Under the pieces are notes generated by a model. That model did not search any database, was not told where the DNA came from, and saw nothing but the letters and a program-made list of their open reading frames with translations. Shown piece by piece: positions 36,500 to 48,159 of a DNA stretch of 64,000 nucleotides; positions within the stretch are counted from its first letter, which is position 1; the number at the start of each line of letters is the position of its first letter. Origin of the DNA: Dicyema japonicum (Eukaryota > Animalia > Dicyemida); NCBI GenBank assembly GCA_011109175.1, contig RDEW01000079.1:13446-77445 (forward strand), in the 5' to 3' direction. A program made the position numbers and the translations under genes.

Positions 36500-36850
36500 T
36501 TTGAGGAATGCGGCACAAGAAAACCACAGACCTCTTAGGGTCACACAAAGTTAAGGATGGAGTTAATCTTGTGTGATCTCCTTACAGCGGCGAGGTTTTT
36601 GCATTCCAGGACGACGTGCGTTACTGTGTGTCGTCCCTCAAGGCAGATTGGACAGGACGGGTCGACATCCTTGTCCAATTTGTTTTGATAGCGCGGAGTA
36701 GGGATGATCCCACAGCGAAATCTTGCGAGTTCGACCCGAGATCATCATCAACGGGAAGTAAGGAATTTCATTTAAAGACAATTAATCTGGCTATTCTCTT
36801 AAGACGCATTCGCTGGACTGCTCTATTATCGCAGACACTCAAATCCAACC
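36500..36850 (-). mobile_element. LINE ORF2 C-terminal zinc knuckle (I/Loa/ingi-like)
   Basis: LARFRCG...QNKLDKDVDPSCPICLEGRHTVTHVVLEC. Confidence 0.75.
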
Positions 36851-39076
36851 CAGACCTTTGGTTGGTAGGCCCATAAACACGCATATTCGAGAATCACGTA
36901 CCCTGACCGTAAAGAGGAAATGTACTAAAGACACACTTGGTCGATGATTAACTACATATTTATCTAATTAAACCAATATAGACTTCTCTTTTCTCTGGTT
37001 TTGTCACAGTCCGTCCACCATATCATCACACAAAATTGATATGGACTCTAGACAAGTGTGCGCGGCACACCGTTTGACAACCTCTGGAGTAGACCCTCAG
37101 CTATCGTCAGGGAAATGAGTCCTACAAAAAAAGTTCTCTTGAAATACATCGACAAATCTAACCGCAATGCAGAGGATTATATTAAATCAATTCTGAATTA
37201 AAAGTGTTCATATTTAAGTGTAAAAATGCTTCTGTGTTTTTATCAAAAAAATAGCAGATCTCTACGTGTGTAGAACCAATCTACCTGCTTTTTTAAGGAC
37301 TAATCTATCGTATGCTGTTTGACTATATTAACTTGCTCGCCTTCTCTACATTTTTTTTTCACGTCAAGCTAAGAAATCATGTGACGTCGTCTTAAGATGT
37401 AGCACCAACTGTGCAGATGAGAAAATTAATTCATGAATTTAAAAATATAGTTATCTGTCAATTTTGCCGTTTTATAAGCTTTTTGGAATCAAAAATGGTG
37501 TCAGACCTCCCATATTCAACAATTTTTCCATAAAAAAACTTAAAAAAAAATTGAATTCTAGAATTTTTTCTTCCAGTAGGATTTTGAATCTGAGTTCATG
37601 CCTGGATTACAGGAAGAGGAGGACATTAAAAAGTTGAAAACAACAAAATCGACTAAAATGTGTCAAATAAGTCAAAAGTTGAGCTGTGAGTTCAAATGTT
37701 GTAGATGGACAGTACTAAGAAGATGGGTAGTTACAATATTCTCTGATTATCAAAGTGGAAAGCCGCAGCAAAATTACTTTTATCTAACACCTGGAAGCAG
37801 TTCTTATCCAAAGGCAACAAAAATGGTGAGGACAACCACTATTCATGCCAGTCCCATATACGAATCCTTGTTTAATGCATTATTATAAACTAGAGATCAA
37901 AAATCCAACAAAAAAGAAATAAACGTGAAATTTTAATAAAAATAGGCAAAAAATAGGCTTTTGTATAAAATCCAAAAGTATTAAATGGTTGAAAAAAAGA
38001 TTAAATTATTGTAAAAATAGACACAATTCAATTACAGAATATCGAATATTATATGAAATTCTGTAAGTCACCAATATATTTAATCAATTTTAATACGAAC
38101 ACAAACCATTAATATAATAGAACAAAATTTGATAAATAAAGAAAACAATGCACAACAAGAAACGAACCACGAGTAGTAACCTGGTAATCTTATTACATTT
38201 GGTTTTCCAGATAAAATTAACTATAATAAAATTAATATTTTATTATAATATAATTTAAATTATTCATTTCTGAGTTTGAGCTCGTGACATTAGTGGCAGA
38301 TTGTGTGGATTAGATTTATTGTTTCTGATGATGAATTCAAAGCACAAGTCAAAGAAATATCGAAAGACCTTATTATATCCCCTCAAATAATTTGCGCAAT
38401 TTAATACCCTGTGTTCCATCTGACGACACAGTTCAAAAAATTGCCTACATTTTTTAGATAATACACTAATTTTTAAAGATTTTTTAATTTGATAAGGAAG
38501 CTTAAATCACAAAAATGGTAATGTTCTAAAACAACTCAAATTTTAGCGCTAAGAAGCATATATCTTTTAATATAAATTATTGAAAATAATTATTTAAAAC
38601 TAAAAAAACGTTGATACAAAAGAGCAGATAAGGAGACTTGGATCACATACTAATCCTCTAGAGGATTACTCGACAGTGCCTTTATTTACAGAGCTTTTAT
38701 CGACAGAACATTTATCAAAAGAGCTTTTAGCTAAAAATGATATCAAGAGTTTCTTTGAAGGTCGTGGCATTGCTAGTTTCAAAAGAGCGGACCATGCCAC
38801 GGGGACGCTAGGAATGAATGCTAAAAATTTTCAGAAATCGAGTTATAATCATTATATATTTTCTATAAATATTAATGTTTTTGAATAAATAAAAATATCG
38901 AATTATTTTCATCAGCGTGTTCTGCATGCTGTTCTGTTGTTGTGGTGTTGCTTTTTTCGACATTTGATTATTATTTTTTATTCAACATTTTTTTAAAGAT
39001 AATTTTGTATATGCATTTTATTGCAGATTAAATATTGGGTACATGTAGAATATCTTGAAAAAAGTTATTTTACAAG

Positions 39077-39653
39077 TTAATTTGTGTCCATTGTATTAAT
39101 AATTTCAATTGAATGCATCTTTTTAAATAATATCTTTCCCATTTCTTTCAATTTAATGCATCTTTTTAAATAATATCTTTTTAAATAATATCTTTCTGGT
39201 AGTACATATATACAACAGTTATTGAGTGAGAGGTCTGTCAGATCCGTCAATTGGAAGAGAGGCCGAGGAAAACTATACGAATAAAGAGCCAAAAAAACAC
39301 AGAGAGTAGATTTGTGTCACAATTGAGTACCTTCACCTAACTACATTTTGACAACTCAACTGGGAGAGTGGAAAGCTCTAAAATACTTGAAAAAAGCCCG
39401 TCTATTTGTGCTTAGATTTAATTCTTCCAGATATTGTAGATTGCATATTGTGGGGGAAATAAATATATTTTGTGGGCATTTTACTGGTGTGAGGTGTGTT
39501 AGATGATTGAATCCTGTATCCAAGTGCTGGATATAGTACCCTGGAATATCTACGAGGGATGGCAGTGTTTCGAGGCACAGTCTATCTATGATGACTTGGT
39601 TTATTTGAGGTTTCTTTTTCTTGAAAGGAAAGCAGAGGAAAAATTTGTTCATT
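39077..39653 (-). pseudogene. LAP-family (Scribble/Erbin/LET-413-like) N-terminal LRR fragment, copy A
   Basis: MNKFFLCFPF...HLDTGFNHL...TICNLQYLEELNLSTN...LPVELSKC...VLNCDTN..SFPRPLFQLTDLTDLSLNNCCIYVLPE. In-frame stop and small intron-like gaps. Confidence 0.6.
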
Positions 39654-39741
39654 TTGTTATTTCTGAAATAATTTAAATAATAAACGCTACACCACAACAA
39701 CGATATTTTAGATAGCGGGTTTGTTATATTTATTTAAATTA

Positions 39742-41300
39742 TGTCACGGGTTGGATAATGCCCCGGATTGGATAATGCTCCCTCAACGTTATTTTAAAAA
39801 AATAAATATTTTTTCCAATTAATTTTTATTAGATTTTTGGATTCTCCTAATTATTTTTGTAATTTATTAAAGATTTTTTTTGAATTAATCTCGCGTGCAG
39901 ACTCGCTTTTGTTATCTAAATTTTCCAATTTGAAAAAATAATAAGTATTATAGATCAAATATATGTATATGAAATGGTATTACTAAAACTTACTAAAAAT
40001 GAACTTGACGAAATCCAAAAAATTCAATTAGATGTATTTTTTATTGACCGAATAGACAGATCTATAAAAAAAGATACAGAAAATTATCAGAACAGTTAAT
40101 TTTTGAAGACGACGACATAGTATACATAATATACAAAAACCAGAGATTACGCTTTTTTGCCGAAGAAGAAAATGAACTTAAGCTAAAAATTATTGAGGTT
40201 ATTGGTAAAAAGTTATTGTAGATTGAACACATGAGGACACATTTTGGAAGAGAAAAGTTACTTTCAATACTTCGAAATCAACTTTATTGTGTAACACGAG
40301 ACGATATTAATGCTGTTATCTCAAAATGTCTTCACTGTCAAGTTAATATGTTTCGAATTATTTGTAGTCAAAAAAGTTGATGGCTACTAAGCCCATAATT
40401 ACTCCTATAATTGCAAGACGACCTAGAGACCGCTATATTGCAGATTTGGTGGATTTAAGGAGGTATGCTAGCCTTAACAGCAATAATGGATGGGTATTTC
40501 CTTCTGAATTAATTTTAGTTGGTTGTAGTTATAGACTCCTTTTCTAAATTCGCAGTTGTTAAACTTTCCAGACGGAAATCAGCCGAGGAAATCACCAGGT
40601 AACTTAAGAATATTTTTTGATGATTAGTCCCCATTCATTCTACAAACGGATAATAGGAAAGAATTTAAGAACAGAGTTGTTGAAAATATGTGCAATGATC
40701 TAAAATCATTCACATATGCGGACGTCCTAGAGAACCATGGGTTCAGGGACAAGTAGAGAGGCAAGTTATTTGTAAATTTATCTTTAAATTTAATCAATCG
40801 ACTAAAAGGTAGATTAGCTCCATTACTGTGTCAAATGGGTCTTTTGGAAGCTATAAGGATTTTACCAAGAACTCGTATATAAATATAAAATGGCAAAGCA
40901 TGAAACGACCAAGAGGACACCTTTTGAAGTTTTTATGCGGGGAAATAATCTAATCCCAGAGGAAACAAAATCAGCGTTATTACTATTCGAAAGAAATGAA
41001 GCGGAGCAATTAAGTCAATCGGAATCAATTGGATCGGATTATTTTAAAAACGAGGAGGATTATTTGAATCAAGAAAGTGTGTATGATGTCCATGTTCTTG
41101 TCGGAGAAAAAATGAAAATAAGGCAGAAATGGAAATTTAATAAAAGATCTACAAGTAGGAGATAACGTTACTCAGATATGATATCGATGCAAATCCGAAT
41201 AATCGAAAATGCCCGTTATATGATCAAATCGATTCAACTATATACCAAATATCGGAAGTTGCTAAAGATACCTGCGAACTTAAGATATGAATGACGATTT
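39742..41300 (+). mobile_element. Ginger-like integrase element (subfamily A) with 25-27-nt introns; right end not found
   Basis: TGTCACGGGTTGGATAATG terminus. HMRTHFGREKL..CLHCQ|, DRYIADLVDL, GW|LVVVIDSFSKF, LQTDN.KEFKN, QVE|RFNQ. Introns 40342-40367, 40494-40518, 40761-40787. Confidence 0.82.
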
Positions 41301-41539
41301 ATTTAAAAATGTACACAGAAGTCGTCTGAAAAAAGTTTTAGATAATAAAAAATTTTGAATTTTTTATATTTGTTTTTAAACGGAGAACCTAAAAAAGAAA
41401 AATTGGTCATGTGTGTTTTGCCGACTCTTGGTAAAATTCATTCAATCAAAAAATTGATAAAAAAAATAATAATTCGATTTAATTCCATTATCAAGTTATT
41501 TTTAATTAATTATCATCAAAACAATACAACATATTCATT

Positions 41540-42349
41540 CTCGCGTGTTGTTCTTGTAGTGCTTTTTTCTGTCATTTGTTATTTGCCATTTATCGTTCCT
41601 ATCTTTAATCTTTCTTATCGATTACTCTCTGTTCTGTCTGTAACTCTTGTAACAAAAGGAAGAAAACAATCCGTTGCGACTGCTGTGACGCCAGTTTTCA
41701 TCTTTCATGCATCAAGTTGTCTAAGAAGTCTGCTTTATCTCTTAATCGTTGGGTTAGGGCCGAGGCTGGAAACTGTCTGTCGACGGTCTCCGTCCCATTC
41801 ACTTAATCGACCTCACTTCCGATACTGCCGAGGCTGGAAACTGTCTTTCTCAATCCATCACCAAGCTATGTAACTTATTTCTCCGTGGGGATATATCTGA
41901 GCATGCTAGATTGCTTTTCTTCTCTGCGAACCTGACAGCATTGGGGAAAAAAGACGGCGGCATTCGGCCTATTGCCGTCGGGAACGTTTTCCGTCGTTTG
42001 TTTGCTAAAGTCGGATGCAAGCTGGTAATTCCATCTATTAGTGACGAACTCTAGCCCATTCAGTTGGGCGTTGGCGTATCTGGCGGGTGTGAGGCCTCGG
42101 TCCACGCATCCCGGTGTTTTATTGAATCGTCCCGCCTTTCTGAACAGCCCCGGCTATTATTAAAATTGGATGTTAAGAATGCGTTCAATTCTCTCAACAG
42201 AGAGCATCTACTTGAGGTTTGTAAAGACAGAATTCCTTCATTGCTGCCATTTGTTTTCTTTCATATGGGTAACCGAGCCTTTTGGCTGCCGGTGATTCCT
42301 TTATTTCTTCTTCTTGCGGTGTACAGCAAGGTGACCCTTTTGGGTATTA
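41540..42349 (+). mobile_element. CRE retrotransposon 5' half (PHD finger, internal deletion, RT to QQGDP)
   Basis: CSVC..IRCDCCDASFHLSC..RW; DGLRPIHL; GGIRPIAVGNVFRRL; QLGVGVSGGCEA; KLDVKNAFNS; GVQQGDP. Confidence 0.9.
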
Positions 42350-44156
42350 TGTGACATGGGCAGCGCGTTACGCATGGGCCGCGCGTTACATTTTTTGACA
42401 TTGAAACTGTCAAATATAGAATTCTTTGATTAGCCGAAATTTAAATTTTTATAGTGAAAAATATATTAAATTAATCGATTTCAAACATGTTAAATTATCT
42501 TTAATTTATTAATGTTACAATTATTAAGATTTAAATTTTTTAACTTCGCAAACCTACATTTCTAGCGTGTTTTTTATCTTGTTTTATCTTGTTGTAAGGA
42601 GTTCTTACAAAGGTTTTGTAAAAACATTATCGAATATGAGATTTTAAAGGATGCGTTGGCTGGTAAATTTCCAGAAAATTTTTCGAGCAGCAAAAATATA
42701 GGCTTGCCAATAAAATAGAGAATTTTACTATCATCAATGAAAGGTATTTTGAATGCGTAATAAGTTTCAGATTGTATCTTAAATCCGCTGATCCAAGTTA
42801 GTCATTACTCTGGATAATGAATCTGAAATGCTGCTTGTTGCAAAAACATTGCACGAGTATTCTCACGGAGGAGTGAATAAAATTGAATATCAGTGTCGAC
42901 AAAGCTACTTTACTGTAAAGAATGACATAATCAGAAAAGTAATTCGAAATTGTCAAGTCTGTAAATTTTCACGTCCTTTAAAAGTTTCACGCATTTTTTA
43001 TTGTAGATTGGAGATATAAATCACCATGTTCTTGCTTCTTGTCCTAATGAACGTTTCAGATAGATCTTATAGACTTAAAAAGATTTTCAACTGTTAATCA
43101 TGATTTTAAATTGATTTTAACGGTCATTGATGTCTATAGCAGGTTGGTTAGTTAAAACAATCTTTATAGATTTGCCTTCGCCAGGCCTCTTTATAATAAG
43201 TCAGGCAAAGAAGTATCGGAAAATTTAAAATCCTTATTTTATTTAAACGGCCAATGTCAAATTCTTCAGTCAGATAATGGTCTGAGTTTAAGAATCAGGA
43301 AATAAAGACAATCCACGACACAGGGGATTGTAGAGAGATTCAACCAAACTTTAACAAGAAAGTTATCAAAAATGCTTGATAACAGCGAGAAAAAGTGGAT
43401 AGTGGAATTAGAAAAATGTGTGTACAGTTATAACATCTCTGTACATTCATTTTCTAATGAGAGCCCCTTTGAAAAATATAGGGAATTAAGGGAATAAATC
43501 CAATAATTGATGGTTATATATATAATTATGTTTTAGATGATTCAAATGATTGTTCTATTTCAGAGCAAATGGAAGATTCATTAGATTGTTCAACTCCAGA
43601 GAGCGTAGAAAATTTGCGTAATCCAATTTAAAATATATACGTAGATAATTCCGAGTCAGAATGTTCCTATCCGGATCCAAAAAAATTCAAATTTTATAAG
43701 GAAACCCATTGGTGAAACTTCTAATTATTACAAAGCTATGAACAGGAAAATGAATGTTCATAATAGTAAGTATGATTATAATGTCGGTGATAAAGTAAGA
43801 AATAAAAAAAATTAATAAATAGATTCGAATTAAAAAAATTTTGGAACTAATCCATCGTTGCGACTAAATAAATTCGAATCACAGTACTATCCACCAGCTG
43901 AAATATAAATATTTTATCGAATAATCGCGTAGAGGTAGTTTTAAGTTTATTTATTTAATAGATTAAACACTCAAATGGGAAAAGTCTATAGTCGGGATGG
44001 ACAGGATTAAAAAACTTAATTAATTAATTATTTTTGTGGTTGATAATTAAATAATAAGATTGTTTGAAGTTTATCGATAAATTGACAGATACATCAATAA
44101 TAAGATTGTTTGAAGTGTAACGCGCATCCCATACGTATCATTTGGCCCATGTCACA
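42350..44156 (+). mobile_element. Complete-span Ginger-like DNA transposon (subfamily B): 41-bp imperfect TIRs, TATTA TSD, intron-containing integrase pseudogene
   Basis: TGTGACATGGGC...GCCCATGTCACA; tatta at 42345-42349 and 44157-44161. H2C2 motif (HEYSHGG..CQVC), ILTVIDVYS|R, LQSDNG, QGIVERFNQTL, YNVGDK|I. Introns 42744-42770, 42984-43006, 43143-43169, 43795-43822. Confidence 0.9.
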
Positions 44157-45700
44157 TATTATTCGCCCTTTCCGTAGATTTTGTTGCACGTAAGAATTCG
44201 TCGCCTCTTAATATTTGGTATTTGGATGATTGTACTATCGGTGGTCCGCCCGATATTTTACTAAACGACTTGAATCTCTAATCCCAGCTTTGTCATCCAT
44301 TGGTCTTGAAATTAATTCTCTAAATCTGAAATTGTAAATCTTAACATCGATCGTGTCAGCTTTGGAAACATTTGTGATCATTTTCGAGGCCTTTTCCCGA
44401 TCTGAGGCATACTTCTACTGCTGATCTCGAAATCTTGGGTGCTCCGATCCACGACCAATCCGCCATCCGTATTCTTAATTCCAAGAGGAATGCCCTTTCT
44501 TCTCTTTGTGATAAACTTGAAGATATTGATCCCCACCCTGCTTATTTCATTCTCAAAAATTATCTTCTGATCCCGAAAATCAATTATGTCCTAAGGAGTT
44601 CCCGCTGCTTTTCTATCCCTACTGCTTTGGATTCTTTCGACGCTCTGGTGCGTTCTTCTGCTGAGAAGATTTTTAACGTCAAGTTTGATGACGTTGGTTG
44701 GTGTCAGGCCAAGCTTCCTGTTCCTTTTGGCGGTCTGGGGCTTCGCTCCGCGCTCGACCTTTCTCTTCCCGCTTTTCTTTCATCTTCTTCAGGATTGTAT
44801 CTTCTTGTCCATAAGATTCTTGAAAAATCACCCGAATCAATTTGGACTCTGATATCAATTCTGCACTCTTGCTTTGGAAAGAAAAGGATTTCGTCTTACC
44901 GTCAGAGCGATCTCTCCAACGTGAATGGGACAAAATTATTTGTGGACATTATGTTGACTCGCTGGAGCGTCTCTTGGACCAGCACAGACTAGCTTGTTTC
45001 CGTGCCAGTCGCCAACCCTATTCTGGCTCTTGGCTTAACTGCCTTCCCACGACCCATTTGGATACCTGCCTCGACTCTGATGCCCTCCGTTTTGGAATAT
45101 GCCTTCGCCTCGGACTACCGACGTGTAACCCCCACCCCTGCCGGTGTGGATCAATGATGGACACATACGGGCTCCATGCTCTTTCCTGCAAGAAAAGCGC
45201 AGGTCGTATTCCTCGTCATTCGGCTCTTAACAAGATCATTCTCGAGGCCCTCGAAAAGGCAGGGTATCCTTCTGTCCTTGAGCCAATTGGCCTCGACCGT
45301 GGTGATGGAAAAAGGCCTGATGGCTCTACATTGTCCCTTTCGACACTGGTAAACCATTAGTTTGGATGCCACGTGTGTTGATACCTTTTCCAAGTCGGCC
45401 ATCAACGAATCCGCCTCCTTGCCCGAGTCTGGTGCTTATAAAGCTGAATCTTCTAAATTCAAAAATATCAGCGCCTGTTAGACGGCTTTTGGTTTTGGCC
45501 AATTGTTGTTGAGACTTCGTGTGTCTTTGTGTCTTTGGCTCAAAGACAGTCAATTTTGCGGCGAAACCGACTAGCATCTGGTGCGAGCTTGTGTGGGCTC
45601 GTGGGAAGATCACCGAGCGAGAATGAAGTACCTGGTGGAGTGCATCGGGATCACGTGACTATTTTTTCGGTTTCTACCGTGGTCTTGGTGATTAAATAAA
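44157..45700 (+). mobile_element. CRE retrotransposon 3' half (RT remainder, zinc motif, RLE)
   Basis: LLFALSVD..NIWYLDDCTIGG, ILGAPI, QAKLPVPFGGLGLRSA, CRCGSMMDTYGLHALSC, GLDRGDGKRPDG. Confidence 0.9.
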
Positions 45701-45955
45701 TATATAAACAGCAAAGGTAAAAGGATGACAGTCTGTATCTTGGCCCCGACCTTTGATTGGTAGGCCCCATAAACACGCATATTCGAGAATCACGTACCCT
45801 GACCGTAAAGAGGAAATGTACTAAAGACACACTTGGTCGATGATTAACTACATATTTATCTAATTAAACCAATATAGACTTCTCTTTTCTCTGGTTTTGT
45901 CACCAGTCCGTCCCACCCATATCATCACACAAAAATTGATATGGACTCTAGACTG

Positions 45956-46177
45956 GAACATCAGTCCTAGCTTTTCTCCACTTCCATTGTTGGCCTACGA
46001 TCTAGGAATTCGATTCCCATCTCCACGATAACAATCTTCTTGGTGACCTAATCGTAGACCACAATGTCGGGTTCGTTGTACTGGACAACAGTCGAGGTGC
46101 ATAATGTGGTGTCCATTATACGTTCAAGCTCCCATACACCGATTGAACTGGATGAGTCCACAACTTTCTGCCAACTT
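45956..46177 (-). mobile_element. R4/Dong-like RLE fragment flanked by a 9-bp direct repeat
   Basis: DTTLCTSTVVQYNEPDIVVYD.VTKKIVIVEMG; tctagactg at 45947-45955 and 46178-46186. Confidence 0.65.
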
Positions 46178-46955
46178 TCTAGACTGCCAATTTTTAAGAC
46201 CGTCTTTATTTTTAAATAAATTCGAGAACCACTGATATAGACATTACGAATACATTAAAACAAAATATAGGACGGTCCCAGTGTTAATGTCTACAAAAAA
46301 GTTCTCTTGAAATATATCGACAAATTTAACCGCAATGCAGAGGATTATATTAAATCAATTTTGAATTAAAGGTGTTCATATTTATGTGTTAAAATGTTTC
46401 TTTGTTTTCATCAAAAAAATAGCGAGATCTCCACGTGTGTACAACCAATCGACCTGCTTTTTTAAGGACTAATCTATCGTATGCTGTTTGACTATATCAA
46501 CTTGTTCGGCCTCCTCTACATTTTTCTTCCACGTCAAGCTAAGGAATCATGTGACGTCGTTTTAAGATGTAGCACCAACTGTGCAGATGATAAAATTAAT
46601 TAATGAATTTAAAAATATAGTTATCTGTCAATTTTGCCGTTTTATAAGCTTTTTGGAATCAAAAATGGTGTCAGACCTCCCATATTCAACAATTTTTTCA
46701 TAAAAAAACTTTAATAAAAAATTGAATTCCAAGAATTTTTTCTTCCCAGTAAGGATTTTGAATCTGAGTTCATGCCTGGATTACAGGCAGAGGAGGACAT
46801 TGCCAAGTTGAAAACAACAAAATCAACTAAAATGTGTCAAATAAGTCAAAAGTTGAGCTGTCAGTTCAAATGTTTGTAGATGGACAGTTCTAAGAAGATG
46901 GGTAGTTACAATATTCTCTGATTTATCAAAGTGGAAAGCCGCAGCAAAATTACTT

Positions 46956-48159
46956 GCTCGCTGGAACTGCCACTGTTGTATGGCTTCATTCAGAATCGTG
47001 GCCTCACAGCATCAAGCTTGTCGTGTGGCACATAAGTCTCCTTCGCTTCATGAACCCAAATCAGAACATTATATTCTCAAAATTTCCAATCTACGGAAAT
47101 CTAAGAAAATACCATTACAGATCCCTAAACAGGCTCGGATGTATGCGGCAAACTGCTTAAGCGATCTTATCACTGATGCGCTAAGCTCCGGGGAATACCC
47201 TTCTTGGATCCGTATTCTCTCCTTTGTACATTGTGTTCTTGGACAAGCAATTTATGGTTCAGTACAAAAGCAGAGCCTCTCGGCTGCCATTAACTCGAAC
47301 TCTGCGAGACTGGACGTCTCATGGATTGACTACGTTTGGGATGCGAGCAATTACCAAACGTGCATTAAGGAAAAATCCCGTCAGTGGTTCAAAACCCAAG
47401 TCAGTCGTAAACTCATAGATGGCGACATCCGTGTGGCCGTTCGGTTATTTTCTTCCGATGATTCACTTGCTGAATCTACTGCTGAGACTTTGGAACACCT
47501 CAAAAACAAACATCCGATGCCCCAGATAACTTACGGAAGTTTCCCACACAAGACAACGCTCTTATATTGTCAATTTCTAAAGATGAAATCTTGGAAGGGA
47601 TTAAATCTTTCAGACCGAGTAGCAGTGGAAGATTTAATGGTCATATAAAGCACATAATTTCTCGATTGACTACGGAAGCTGGAACCCGCTTGATCAAGTG
47701 TATTACCAGACTTGTCGAACGGATCATCAAAGCTGAGTTCCTAGGCTTGGCTAGAGATCTCCTTTTCTATTCACACCTGATTGCTTTCCGAAAAAATGAC
47801 GGAAGAGTGCGCCCCATTGCAGTCGGTAATGTCTTTCGGAGGCTCACGTGCAAAATTGCAGCCCGAAGAGTCTGTCCCTGCATCAAAACTAGCTGATATT
47901 CTATTAAAAAGATGGAAAAACAATTCATTTTGAAATAGAAGTTTATTTTTAACATTTAATTAAGAGAAATTCGAAACAACCATTTTCTGCGTCCGTTTCC
48001 GAGAAAAAGTAGTCTTTGCTGCTGACTCCAGAAAAACGTGGAATCAGCACGATATCTACACTGAAAGTATTTATTTTTATTAAATTCCCATTTCCCGCTC
48101 ATCCCTAATGAAATTATCCACAATTCATGAAGCCACCAACAGATTAATTAGCCGGAACC
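46956..48159 (+). mobile_element. CRE 5' fragment (PHD tail to RT start) plus AT-rich filler, present only in unit B
   Basis: RWNCHCC, IPKQARMYAANCL, GDIRVAVRL, GRVRPIAVGNVFRRL. Interrupts aaattactt|tttatctaac, which is contiguous in unit A near 37770. Confidence 0.85.

Larger units (their letters stand above)
36853..45747 (+). repeat. Tandem segmental duplication, unit A (about 8.9 kb)
   Basis: Starts gacctttggttggtaggcccataaacacg; colinear with 45748-52988. Confidence 0.88.

Noticed and set aside
41355-41873. 172-aa hydrophobic ORF suggesting a membrane protein
   Set aside because: It runs through AT-rich CRE 5' flank and is an alternate frame of the PHD region; the duplicate at 51658-51927 is broken.
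39742-44156. LTR retrotransposon or Polinton interpretation of the integrases
   Set aside because: No gag, protease, RT/RNase H, LTR pair, DNA polymerase B or ATPase nearby; short TIRs with TGT/ACA ends fit Ginger-like elements better.
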